The notes under the pieces were generated by a model, which saw only the letters and a list, made by a program, of their open reading frames with translations, was not told the origin of the DNA and searched no databases. The position numbers and the translations under genes are program-made. DNA of 63,649 bases, filler included, from Collodictyon triciliatum (lineage: Eukaryota): the NCBI GenBank assembly GCA_043381765.1. It is 5 parts of 5 records of this genome, joined end to end, with 100 filler letters (N's around TTAATTAATTAA, not from the genome) between each part and the next. Parts side by side here need not be neighbours in the genome. Positions count along the whole stretch, not along the records: positions 1 to 21,949 come from JBHJMP010000921.1; positions 22,050 to 44,703 come from JBHJMP010000922.1; positions 44,804 to 59,639 come from JBHJMP010000927.1; 2 more parts are not named here. The stretch is one strand, 5' to 3'. This document shows positions 13,701 to 47,949 of the stretch, piece after piece (the stretch's first letter is position 1; the number at the start of each line of letters is the position of its first letter).

Positions 13701-13797
13701 GATCAGGCTGCTCTTTCGGCTCATAAAAAGCCGGCTGTGCAGACTCATTGTGTGCATCGGAGGCTTTGCTGCTCTTGTGTTTCCACCGCGTAAACAT
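4725..13797 (-). CDS. Large multi-exon protein: N-terminal SDS22-like LRRs with LRRcap, long helical (ARM/HEAT-like) middle, C-terminal PH/myosin-TH1-like domains
   Basis: LRRs LSLPNLKELNMSQNQ and LISLRKLKRLDMSENKF; LRRcap YRLIFARFCPKVK|AIDGTPVSAQE; Leu-rich helical exons ~6.1-11.5 kb; C-terminal SAVVK|INNRGRHQRRILILSSTRVY...YHLAFDSESDRDSWLAQL. The start is uncertain (ATG 13797, or an upstream exon from 14441), and a single gene is inferred rather than proven. Confidence 0.6.
5831..6089. repeat. (TTGAATGA/TTGAATGG)n 8-mer tandem repeat, intronic
   Basis: Directly visible. Confidence 0.9.
7037..7317. repeat. Compound microsatellite (AAAAAAC)-(AAAC)-(ATAC)n-(AAAC)n, intronic
   Basis: Directly visible. 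Confidence 0.9.
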
Positions 13798-14100
13798 AGG
13801 GACTCTGCCAAAGTAAACCAATGAATCTATGAGCGAGTATTGCTTGCACCTTTGCGCAGTGTTTTTTTCGCACAAAGCAGTTGTCAGTTTTCCCGAGTGG
13901 CTTGTTGATCTCCAAAGCCTCTGTTTTGTCGTGCGCTCGTCTGCGTCGTGCTGGGCGGCCGATGGATCTTTCGTTTGGATTCGGGGCGTATATTTTCCAC
14001 ATCTGTAAGAAATATCCTTTTTCGCGTGTTTGAAGGGTTCGGCGAGTGGAATAAAGCGGATTATTTGTAAAATGCGGTTTGTGGAGTCTTTTTTTTTTAA

Positions 14101-14149
14101 AATTATGATTATCATTATTATTATTATGATTATTGTTATTATTATTACT

Positions 14150-14224
<75 letters not shown>

Positions 14225-14250
14225 ATTGTTATGTTGTTGTTATTATTGTA
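14101..14250. repeat. (ATT)n-(GTT)n trinucleotide microsatellite
   Basis: Directly visible. Confidence 0.9.
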
Positions 14251-15259
14251 ATCTGCGTCTTTCTAGCATACCAGAACGGCTGAAGATATAGATAAAGAAA
14301 ATAAAAGGCTTGCTCGAGGAAAAAGAGTGCCAAATCCTTCCTGTTGCTGGTCTCGCGTGAATCAGTCGTCTGCCTCTTCAAAGAGATAATGTGCTCCAAA
14401 GAGCCTACGAAAGGGCTGGTTGCTTGCTTGTCATCACCCATCGAGTATATGAAGGATGAAAGTATAGCAAGACATGCGATAGTTTGGATATGAAATAGCC
14501 AGGGCATTAATGCAGAAAATCGACTGGTCTTTTTGTTGCGAGCTTCTATTTCATGCTATTGTCATCCACAGAAGCGATATAACCACTTGATAGAATTCAA
14601 CCATGGGTTTCAAGGTCTCTCGAGGCAGCAGCGGACTACCTATGGGAATCATACCACTAACTGGTCAGTTTTTGATTTTTTTAATCTTGTTTTATCTTAA
14701 GAAAAAAGCTCCACATGGCCATCGTCATAGGCGAGTGGATTTTGATCAGATATCACGGCAACGATAATACGCCTCATGACAAGGGCATCGATTAAAAAAA
14801 AAAAACAGAAATTAGGTTATTCAAGGACTCAATATCCGAAAAGGCAGTGTGTAAAAGAAGGAAAGAAAAAAAACGTGTTTGTGTCTTGGAAACTCGACAA
14901 CCTTACAGCTGTTTGTTTTTTTTTTTCAGCCAACATAGAGCAGTTCAGAGCTTTTTGGGATACTGAAAGCAATCAAAGAATATGACGGCATGATTGCCCG
15001 TGATTTTTGAAGAAAAAAACAACTGCATTACAAACTTATTGTTGGAAATATTTGAGAGGGAAGGCAGATGACGGAAATAGGTAAACTTCCAGATAGATAA
15101 GAGATAAAGGGAATTGAGCGATTGTACACATAACCATCTACAAAAAAATATTATAGAAGAGTCTAATACATAAAATACTGGGCGAGAATGCCGACCACCC
15201 TGATTTTTTCCTGAGGTGATTGCCTTTATTGTGGGTGACCTGGTAGGAAAAGCCGATTA

Positions 15260-15791
15260 TTATGCTGATTTATCCGGCTCAGAACCATGTTTGTCGTGTG
15301 CAGAGCCACGGCGCTGTGGGTCCATTGAAGGGTAGTAAATGCGGCTCGGTACCTATGACGTTAACATTACAACGGGAAATAGAGGAAATAGAGAGTCAAT
15401 GTAGACAAGAAAATAAATCGGACCTCTAGACGGGTGAATTATAGAAACACTCACACTCGAGGGGTCCATCACCGGAACTGGGAGATAAGCCGAAGCCATT
15501 CCCCTATGATATGGTCATATCGTTCGTGTGTTAGGATTATCGTGTGTGTTCAAGAGAAGATCAGGAAGTCAGGAGCGCAGATGAATGAGTTTATAACGGA
15601 CATCTGTTGTAAAAGGTAATCATAGGCGAGGATGAAGGACACGCACGAGTAGGCTGGGGATTGTGCAAAGGCTCCAGTCGGCATGGCAAAAAAGTTTGGC
15701 GGTGCTGTGGCATAAACTGGAGCGGAGAACTGGACAGGGTAAGGAAAACGATTCATAACATAACAAAAAAAAAAAAAAAAAAAAAAAAAAA

Positions 15792-15869
<78 letters not shown>

Positions 15870-18719
15870 CCCATGACTAGAATATATGTGATGTAGAATA
15901 TAAACACCAAAATTATATGTCAACATAAGATTTTTCCTTTCGTCTCAGCCGTGCTAAAAAAGAAAAGAAAAAAAAAGAAAATAGGGAGAAAACAAGGATG
16001 CTCTACTGGATATTGCTCAAGGCCCTCCTTTCCATGAATACCAGCAAGCGGTTTGCCCCACTGCAAATTGAGGCGGGTATCCTTTCATTTTGAAGGGACA
16101 GATGTAAGAAAAGAGTATATTCAAGTACACCACAGAGAAGTGGTAGCATGATAATCTGAGTAAGAGGCGGTCTTTTTCATGAACATAACACTCACGCGGA
16201 TGACTAGCTTCCCGGAAAGATTCTCAGCAGCCTTCTCTGCCTGAACACATTACTTTTTTTAGAATAAGAAAAGAAAAAAAGATGACACATGAACCCTGTG
16301 AGTGATAATTCATCTAAATGCATTTAATTGCAAAACAGAACATTAACCTGCGAGCGAGCGACGTAGGTGACAAACGCGCATGTGGCCCGCGGGACCATAC
16401 GGACATTTTGAAGCTCACCAAAAGCAGCAAAGACATCACTATTTCAAAAATCGCATGAGTGTCTCTGTGCGTGCGAAATGCAAGCAAATATCTGAATATT
16501 CCTTCGGAAGTAGCATGAAACTTGTGATGAAGTTACCGTAAGTCACTCTCGGTAATGTGCTCCTTGACACCACCAACATAAAGGGTTGTGACAGTTTTGT
16601 CTTCTGGGGGTTTGAGAGTAGCTGAAGTTCCGACCTACAACCAACAAGTGGTTTTAAAATAGTTTTTGTTACTAAATTATTTGTAAAATAAAATGCATGA
16701 TATATTTTCTACGAAACCAAAGTAAGGATAAAAGAGAACTAATATATACTCTGTTTAGCATCTTCTTTGCCACAGGGTCGTTCACACCAAAGAAACGGTC
16801 TTTCAGGTTCTGGTCAGCAAGTTCTCCAGTTTCTGGCATTTCATGTCTTTGGTATCCATCCAGGTGGTAGAAAAAATTGGACAATAATAAACAAAAAAAA
16901 AAAAAAAAAAAAGGAAAAGAGATAGCGAATGAAAATAATAGATGAAGAAGAGAATTGGCGGGGAGAGTAAAAATGGGCTAATTAGTAAGACATGCCGACG
17001 CATAATAATGACCAAGTGAGAAGGAAGAAGTATTACCGATATGGACATTCAGAACCACGGGTACAAGTACCTTTAACAAAGAACGAACAAATATGGGCCC
17101 TATAGACAAAGTTTAATACAGCCGGGTTGGAATTAAATTGTCATATTTTAAAATTAATGTGAAGGCTCCCATAATCGCAACTCCATCTTTCAAAGAATGC
17201 TGAGCATGAGGATATAGCTGAGAAAGAAAAGAAATATAGATGAGAGCCACGACTTTTCATGCAAACCTGTTTCTCTTGTAATATGGCTCACTACGTTGAA
17301 GACGCAAGAGAGTCTCGGAATGCTGTGTAGTCATTTTCCCACCAGTCAGCAAACCGACAGAAGAGTTGGTCCCATTTTGAAGAAGCTAGGAATGAAGAGA
17401 ATTAACAAAGCAATTCAATCATCAAATATTATCATCACAGCGACTAAAACTTTGGGATGAAAGTTTAAAAGGGTAAATAGAAGGTATAATTGTTAAAAAA
17501 AAATAAATTGGAAGGAATAAAAAAAACGAGTCCGGGTAGGCTATTTTCAAGTGAAAAAAAAAAAACAAACGGAAAAGTAACTTGCAGTTTGTTTGATACA
17601 CATAGAAAATTATGGGGCGATGGTAGAAAACGAAATTATGATGATACCTTTTGCTCATTGATTTGCGCATAGTATTCCCTGTTAACATCAGAAATGGGAA
17701 TGTCCAAATGATGAGGCTCAGCAGTATCGCGAACTTGAACGGGAAGCCCTGGCGAAAAGATTAAAAATGTCAAATCATATTCAAACACGAACGACGCGAA
17801 CAACACCCGCAGTATTGCAATCGGGAGTCTATAAAGATGGAAAAAGAATCCCTATTTTGATGTTTCGAAGAATTGTCTTTCTTGTGTTGGTGGCGAATCA
17901 ACAGCACGATAACAGCTTCATACCATATTTCAGATCCAAGATGCATGTTTGGCATACATTCTTGAGCTTGGCACATGTTTGGCAGATTTCGGTTTTTTTG
18001 TAGCGTGCTTGAGTTCCTGGCTTCCAGCGAAAGACCGTGAAGGGACGAGCACAAACCTTGGATCGAAAATTCCCATGTTTATATGTTATACAAAAAAAAA
18101 TAAAAAAATAATGGGCCCTTGAATATCATGAATAACGAAAAGGCTAATTGCACAGCAGACAAACACCACAGCAATATGGATGGAGAAAAAAAGCTGATGT
18201 TGGGATATGAAGACATGCTTACTCCCATTTTCATTTTTACTTTGTTATGGTTATAATGAGAGTTTGAGTTTATATGGCAAATATTTATATTAGTCAATCA
18301 TTTGTTGTTGCACAATCACAAATTACCTTGCATTCGCTTCCAAACTCGTTCTTTGTCTAGGGGTGGTTATCAAGGAGATAGGTAAGAACCATGACAAAAA
18401 TATTAGCAAAGGAAAGATTGAAACAACTCAAATTGTAGGGACAGATCGTTCTGTAGAGCGAAAAGGTGTTGTTGTTTTTTTTTAAGGGAAGGAAGCAAGA
18501 GACGTGATCGTGAACGAGTAAGATTACTCATGGATAACATATGGTTTCAAACTGAGAAAGCAACAGAGGGTGGATGTGACGAGCTGAGAAAGAAAAACCG
18601 ATGGTTACCATGCGAAGATACGGATTGTCTCCCAAACAGGTTTCGCACAGGATCGGAAACTCCGACTGCTCCCAACTTTGACGGTTATTGCTGTTTGCTC
18701 CGCGGCGTGCTCCGTGCAT
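15260..18719 (-). CDS. RBM22: Pre-mRNA-splicing factor RBM22/Slt11/Ecm2 (zinc finger + CCCH + RRM; about 14 exons)
   Basis: [133 protein letters not shown]-terminal YYPSMDPQR. Confidence 0.96.
15765..15868. repeat. ~100-nt poly(A) tract (poly-U in the RBM22 intron)
   Basis: Directly visible. Confidence 0.9.
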
Positions 18720-19189
18720 GGTCTCTGCGGGTCCGGGTCGGAATTGCTGTGCGGCGTGAAGCTGGATCTTATGTTTGGCTTAGGTCAGCTGCTTGTTTTT
18801 TCTTTTTTTCTTTTCCTTTTTTTTTCTTTTTTTCTCTTTTTCTTTTATGTTTTATATGCTTTTTATGTTTTCAGTTTTTTCGTTGTTTGATCCTATTGTT
18901 CGGTTGAGATCGATGTGGTTTAAACTATTCAATGAATTTTAGATGTTGCTATTATGCAAATATAATTATTTGCACGTAATTTGTATATATTTTTCACATA
19001 TAATAATATAATTATGGTACTTATAAGTATAAGTTTATAAATTCCATATTTGATATATCTATATGGTATGAGTTCAAAGAAATTTTTCTATTTTTCCTAT
19101 TTTTTTGTTTTTATTACTTTTATGGTTTTTTGTCATCGGGCAAAAAGCAAAGTGCAGTTATTGAAGCATTCTTCCCATCATTCACCGTT

Positions 19190-21845
19190 CTACATCCTTG
19201 CAATATTTTCAAGTGGGCGGCCTTTTCCTTTCATTTTTTTATAACCTCTGAGAGTTCCATGGCAAAAGCATCATTATTTTTTGAGCATGATAGAAAGTAT
19301 TTCAGTTTGAATAAATCCGTCTTATTTTTCTTTCTCATCAGCATTATTTTTCTCTCTTACTGGCGGAAACTTTCCTCGAACAGCATCTGCAATTCCTCTC
19401 TTCTACTGTAAAATTTTCCGACATCAGGAATAACACAAGCTTCCATCAGGTCAGACACGCATCCTGCTTTGGTGGAAATCGAGAGCACGCCATGCGAAAC
19501 ATTCTTGATTTGGTAGTAAACAAGGTCCTGCATGTTGAAAAACTTGTACACGAGATATGGAACTCCAATCTTGCCCTCCAGGTTACCTTTGATAGGTTCA
19601 TTTGAGTGAGAGGGTAGAAAATAATTAGTCCTTTTGATCATCGTGTCTCTAGGTACGACAAGCACGGGATTTTCGGCAGAGGGGGACTGGGATTTTGATG
19701 GGCTGCTTTCACCGGGATTGAAAGCATCCAACCCAAAGTTTTCTGATTCACGAGAAGCATCAGAATGCAAGCAGCTTTCGTCTGTAGATGCTTGCGCAGC
19801 TTTTAGAAATCTAGGGCTCAACCATAAACAACCAACCCCATTTTGCTTTTGCGCTTGTGACAAGAAGGCCACATCTTTGATATCGCTGTGTTCATGCCCA
19901 CCGATGCAAATCCGAAAATCGATGATGTGGGAAGACTCGGGTACTTTTTCAGGCTTCGGACTTTGGGAGACTACGAAGTAGCCCCAAACTCTTGACAAGT
20001 AACCAGACGCGTACCGGTTTTCGTACTCCACCTGGTTCCAAAAGTCGAAGAGACAACACAAGGCCTGCCGATTAATAAACAAGCCGTTCCCGATTGGACC
20101 GAGTTGAATACCGAATCCGTTGTAATGGTAGTTCCAGATCGGCCCGCACGGTGGATTATCTCGATCTGGTAGAGAGCGCTCCACCATCAGAACTTCCTTG
20201 AATTGGTCAGTCTCGTTTATAGTCTGAAAAAAATCAGGGAAGTATTTGGAAAGGTGACCAATATAGCCTCTGCGGTTGAACTCTGGTATAAAATGAAACC
20301 TTGATTCGGGATGGAGGAGAAATCCTTGTGGGTTATACCTAAATATCGATTTCATCTGTCAGTTTGTATTGATTACAATCGTTCATAGTGTTTCAATTTG
20401 AAAGTATGTCAAGCAATGCTCCGTGTGGTATATATGCACCCTATCTCCAATGCTCCGTGCGAATAAACCCAACATTTAAACTTGTCTTCTTCTGGGTATA
20501 ATACGAAGAGGATGTCAGGAAATGATTCAGCCACTCTTTGGAATATATGTGGGTAAATGTCATTCGGCACGTGTAGCTTTTCCAGTACCTGCACATGGTG
20601 ACACAGCATTTGTTAATTTTTCTTTCGGGTAATTCGGTGGAATTATTTACAAATTCATGTCATATTTAATGTTTCGGTTGATCGACTGATTAGCAGACTT
20701 CTAGGCGGCGAAAGTCAGATTCTGCTCCATACTCATGATTTGCCTTTAGTATGAAGATTTGTTGGGGATTTCTTATGAATAGGTACAAGACAATTAACCA
20801 GATTTCCACACCAAAATACCCTAATCATAGAAAGATGAGAGAAGAAATAAAAAGTTACGCTAAAACTAAAGCATGTTTCAGGGAATACACCATCAATTTT
20901 AAAGAAATATTAAGCATTTTATTGCCATAGATATATGGATACTGGTGTCTACCTCTGTCTGCAAAATCTCCCGTAAATACGATGTACAAGTCTGGATCTA
21001 AGAGAGTCCATTGGTCATCCACTAGCAAGTCGTTTGCCAATGAAAGTAAAAAGTTTACAACCACCCCAGCCGACCCGTGCAAGTCTCCAATGTTCATGAT
21101 GCGGATTTTGTCAGACTTTGGTTTCCGCAAAATTACCTAAAGATGGCAACCATAATTTGAGAAGAAAAGAAGAGAGAAGAAAAAAAAACCAAGAGCTTAG
21201 AGAACAAGTCGGATGAGTATAGAGTTATGGCTCTAGGAAAAGACATGCAGGCAGGTTTTGGATTAGAACAAGAAAAAGTCTGGATCACACAAGGGGCAGA
21301 AAGCGAAAAGAATGAAGCACCTTTTCGGCTTGGCATTCTGGAAAAAATCTGGGTCTGCTCCGATTAAACCATAGATGCTTTGCCCCCGCCTGATCCGTTC
21401 TGATTCGCAAGTAATACATTATTACTCGGGCGATCTCTAGAGGCTCCACGGTCCATTCTTTGTCCTTTTCCTGGAGCGGTTGGGCCCAGCCTCTGGATGC
21501 CCCGAAAGTTCCTCTCATATGCTCGTAGAACTGAGTATGCTTCCCCATAAAGATTCGCGCAGAAGCAAAAAAATCCCAGTATTCACGATAAGTTCGATGC
21601 AGAAACCGCGTAAAGTTTGGTAGTGAATAGCGTGGAACAAACTCGTGAAGAGGCCCGTTGTTTAGAGGCGAGACGCTCTGCGGATGGAGTGTCTGGATGT
21701 ATGTTTGATCGCGCTGATGGCGTGTTGCAAGGGACACTCTGCGCGAGTGAAGCTCGCAGCTGTCGTGCAGGTACACAGCAAAAGCACTCCAGTAACTCTT
21801 CCATTCCGTTTCGTGCGCATCAGTTTCTTTGTCTTTTGGGTTCAT
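19190..21845 (-). CDS. Calcineurin-like / PPP-family metallophosphoesterase, divergent (5-6 exons)
   Basis: Spliced motifs IGDLHG, FTGDFADRG|YFGVEIW, NPQQIFILKANHE, SHGALEIG|YNPQGFLL, IGGHEH. It ends at 19357 or, via one more GT-AG intron, at 19190. The start may lie further upstream. Confidence 0.8.
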
Positions 21846-21949
21846 CTTTCTCCCAGTTATTGTTGCTCAGAAGCCCCTTTTTTTTTCCTTTTTCCTTTTT
21901 TTTTTTTTTTTTTTTTTTTTTTTCTCTTTTTTTTTTTCCCTCTCCTTTT

Positions 21950-22049
21950 NNNNNNNNNNNNNNNNNNNNNNNNNNNNNNNNNNNNNNNNNNNNTTAATTA
22001 ATTAANNNNNNNNNNNNNNNNNNNNNNNNNNNNNNNNNNNNNNNNNNNN
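21950..22049. other. Artificial contig linker N44-TTAATTAATTAA-N44
   Basis: Exactly 100 nt with a six-frame stop palindrome; identical at four sites. Confidence 0.97.
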
Positions 22050-22225
22050 ACCAATAATAACAATAATAACAATAATAACAATAATAACAATAATAACAAT
22101 AATAACAATAATAACAATAATAACAATAATAACAATAATAACAATAATAACAATAATAACAGCAATAGTAATCATAAATAACAATAATAATAACAACAAC
22201 AATAATAATAACAATAGCAATCATA
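22050..22225. repeat. (AATAATAAC)n tandem repeat at contig edge
   Basis: Directly visible. Confidence 0.9.
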
Positions 22226-22813
22226 AATATATAAATGAATAACTAAATAAATAAAGAGTAGCATCCTGACTTACTTGCTGCTGGTCTGCTTTCCTTTGTC
22301 GACGGCTTCATCGGGCTGCGTCTGTGATGCTCAATAAAATCAGCTTACCTGATCTTGATCTGTTTGTGATGAAAAGTTAATTGCACACTTCTAAAAATGT
22401 ACCGTATATATTATGCGGTGAGGTATCCGCCGCTTTGAGATGCCTTGTCTGGAAAGCCGTCGAGGCTCGAGAAACCCGGGCACAAACGAGGCAAAGGCGT
22501 TTATTTCTTGGGCTGCAAACCCCGACCAATAACAGCAGACCCCAAGCCAAGCGGACCAAGGCTCAGAGCTGGATTTTCTTTGTTCATCGGCTCGTTATGT
22601 TTCGTGCTTTTCTGTCCAGCAACCTTCAGGTCCTTTGGCGGGCGTGGTTGTTCGTGCTTCGGTTGCGCCTGCGACTCTAATGCGACCGTTCGATTCCCAC
22701 CAGGCGCGTGATTAAGGGCGTTTGCGTCGTCTTCAGAGAGTAGCGCTGATGGCAGTGCAAGAATGGATTCGATTCCCAATAGATCACAAACGGGCTTTCG
22801 AACAAATAAAGCA

Positions 22814-44665
<21,852 letters not shown>

Positions 44666-44703
44666 CTGCGGAAAAAAAAAAAAAAAAGGGGGGGACACTG
44701 TTT

Positions 44704-44803
44704 NNNNNNNNNNNNNNNNNNNNNNNNNNNNNNNNNNNNNNNNNNNNTTAATTAATTAANNNNNNNNNNNNNNNNNNNNNNNNNNNNNNNNNNNNNNNNN
44801 NNN
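44704..44803. other. Artificial contig linker N44-TTAATTAATTAA-N44
   Basis: Same 100-nt linker. Confidence 0.97.

Positions 44804-44897
<94 letters not shown>
44804..44897. repeat. (AAT)n microsatellite at contig edge (intron of the NACHT gene)
   Basis: Directly visible. Confidence 0.9.
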
Positions 44898-44899
<2 letters not shown>

Positions 44900-44902
44900 T
44901 AC

Positions 44903-47900
44903 CTTCCATTCCTTACAAATAGTGAATCCAACAAGCAAAAAAGAAATGACTTCCTAAAAAATTAAACCTCTTCAACAGACATCAGTCGAAAATGATTTAA
45001 TCATTCACTCATATAAATGAATACCAGGTTGAATGAGTCATTTGCATATTAATTTGGTCAAGTCTATGTCTCATGTATTCATCCAATTCATTTTCATCTA
45101 GGCCAATACGCGACACATGAAGAGCACAGATGGATAAGCGAACGATATCCTTTCCTACATCGAACTCATGGTAAATAATTGTATCAAAAATGAATTGACA
45201 CAAGTTTAACTACCATATTTTTCTTCCCATCGATTCATAACAAGACTGAATAAGTCGATGACACCGTTCGCATCTAACATTTCGTGAAGTTCTACATCAA
45301 CCCTTTCATATACTCCAAATACACGAAGCTCGTCCAGTACAATACGCAAGTAAAGGGGATGGCCTGATTGAGCAAGTCAGAATTTAAAGTTGAAAAAAAG
45401 AAGAAGAAAATTCATAAGCTAACCAGTATTTTCTTGTTCACTCAGAATCATTTCCATTTGGTTTTCAGTCAAAGTTTTGTTGAAGCGTTTGAAAAAGGAT
45501 GTGACTGCCTGTCTGATTCCAACACCGTCGAGTTTAGACACTGGAACAACATTCAGTCCTGACGATTTGGCGACCTATTCAAATGTGGTTGTGTTCATAC
45601 AAGCATGTGCCTTCATCAAAGTCATATAAAACAAACATGGCATGATTCGTGGGTATCGATGGTCGAAGCGACAATCGATATATTTTTTGGTGTTTTCTTG
45701 GGAAGCCATCCGAGGAGGTGCACGTGCTTGTATTGTTGGGAATCAACTAACTGATTGAATGCGTCTATAATAAAGACGACTTGCCTTTTCCTATTTAGAG
45801 GTTTTTATGATAAATATGATTTTATACTCTTATTGGTATTGAAAAATTACTCATTTCTTGACGCAAGGTTTAAGATATAATCAAGTCCTTTGCCTAGAAC
45901 AGCCTTTCCTGCGTGAACAAAGTACACAAAAATAGAATTAAGAGTATGAAAACATGGTTTGATTGGGTACTTTAAAAATGGACAATTTATTGGGTAGGTC
46001 ATTATGTCGGCGAATACCTTCTTCAGAATCAATATTTAGGTCAATAACCGCATTTTCGATCAAAATTCGAGCAGCGCGTTCCACCAAACTACTCAAAAAT
46101 GTATCAAAAGGCAATCAACTGATACGTATCATGGGGTTTTTTATTTTTATTTTTATTATTATATTTTCATCGACTATAAGAATCTTACTTTTCCACGTAA
46201 TTACTTAAGTTTGAACATCCGACGAAGTGATATATAACAACCAAATTTATATCCTGGTCAGCATCCAAGTTATGAACGAGTCCGCTCATAATAGCTGATT
46301 TTCCGATGCCAGACTCCGCACCAACAACGGTAATCTCAGAATCATTAATTCCAAGCTGCAATACTGCCTTTTCTTTTAAGGTTGCAATAATACCATCCCT
46401 TCCTTCTAATCCGATTAACCGATGGTGCATAAACTGCTCATGTGCAGCATCTTCGGAGTTTTTGAGCTGTATATTATTACTTACATTTTAAAGAATAGAA
46501 ACAATTTTCCGAAACAAAACTAAATAAAGATTCATCTAAAAGCAGGCAGACAAGTTCAGTTATAGAAAAACTCGTATGCTCACCACTTGATCTGGAAAGT
46601 CCTTGTTTATAGCTTCCATAAGGTCGTCTATCATCATAGCAATAAGTTCATCGGGTGTCTTGTACGACTTGATGTTGAATACATTTCCGATTTTCATTTT
46701 TAAACGGTCCTGATATTCTTTCTAGATTTACGGAACGTACCATATATATATTTAGAAAATATCGTATCTTTATTATATAATTACTATCGCTTTGCACATT
46801 CAAACGCTCAACTTACGTCTATTTTGTTAACTGAGCGGTATAATTCTCGCTCAGAATCAGTCTCAGCAACATAATTGACAGCATGGTCTTCGTCACGAGA
46901 GTAAAAAAATGCACGCCGGGCAATTGCATTTTCCTTTATGGCACCATGCATGATCTAAAGCAAAAAAGTAAAGGAAAATCCAAAGTCCAAAATCCAAAGT
47001 CCAAAATCCAAAATCCAAAATCCAAAATCCAAAAATAAAAAAGAAAAGAAAAAGAAAAGAAAAAAGAAAAGAAAAAAGAAAAGAAAAAAGAAAAAGAAAA
47101 AAGAAAAAAGAAAATGAAAAAAGAAAAAGAAAAAAGAAAAAGAAAAAAGAAAAAGAAAAAAGAAAAAGAAAAAAGAAGATAAAATATGCCCAGTCATGCA
47201 CTAATCGCGTAAAAAAAATCGATTGGTGGAAATATGTGAACCTCGTAATCAGTAACACTGAGGCCTCTAATTTCTTTGAGATATGGAAACTTCAAATCAG
47301 TGTCTGGGTGCCATTGAGATGGATTTTCGTGGTTGGGCGACCAGCCGTAGCGCGAACCAAGTGTACACAGAAAGTAAGGACATTCTTCGATGGCCTCGAG
47401 GCAGCTGGTAACGACCTGTTATATTGAAATAGTTGTTTCTAAACGAGACACATATTATTACTATTATTATTATTATTATTAATATTATTAAGGGGACACC
47501 GTAAAGTAAGAAATCATCCACTATAATTCACACCAGCCCGTTTTCAGATATTTCACTGGTAAGCCCCCAGCGCAGGTCGATGAAAACAAGGATAAGCCTT
47601 TTTTTCTTTGCAAAATCTTTAAGTCTATGGTGTTTTAAGATAGTTATGCAAACGCATAATTGAGGCCAATATATTATATAATGAGGAATATCACATCACT
47701 TGCTCACTTTTTCTCGGCGTTTATGAAGAATTCATCTCTTTCTCTCTGCATGTCCCGGAAAGTGGATGACATGAAGATTCTCAAGACTCTTGTGTCATAA
47801 GCAATATTCCACCTGGTCTTGCCGTCGGAGTAAGCTGAGCCTGGAATTAGGACTCCATGTATCTTCTTTGAGGAGGAAAACTCTTCAACGAGCTCGGCAG

Positions 47901-47949
47901 TGGCATATTTTTCATCTCTCTCTTGATTAGGATGACTGCCACAATCCAT
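44903..47949 (-). CDS. DUF4062 + NACHT/STAND NTPase protein (TEP1/NPHP3/NWD-like); 3'-truncated at linker
   Basis: LRIFMSSTFRDMQRERD..FIDLRWG..CLEAIEECPYFLCTLGSRYGW..LSVTDYEI..AFFYSRD (DUF4062); Walker A GAESGIGKS; YHFVG; Walker B VVFIIDAFNQL; LGWLP; GHPLYLRIVLDELRVFG; VSRIGLDENEL. The last visible exon ends ..LFVRNGR| at a GT donor. Confidence 0.9.
46975..47180. repeat. (TCCAAAA)n + (AAAAG)-rich low-complexity intronic repeat
   Basis: Directly visible. Confidence 0.85.

Noticed and set aside
20925-20955. GTATCC possible U12-type donor
   Set aside because: It reads GTATCCAT, not GTATCCTT, and protein conservation (DRG|YFGVE) requires the upstream G|GTAGAC donor.
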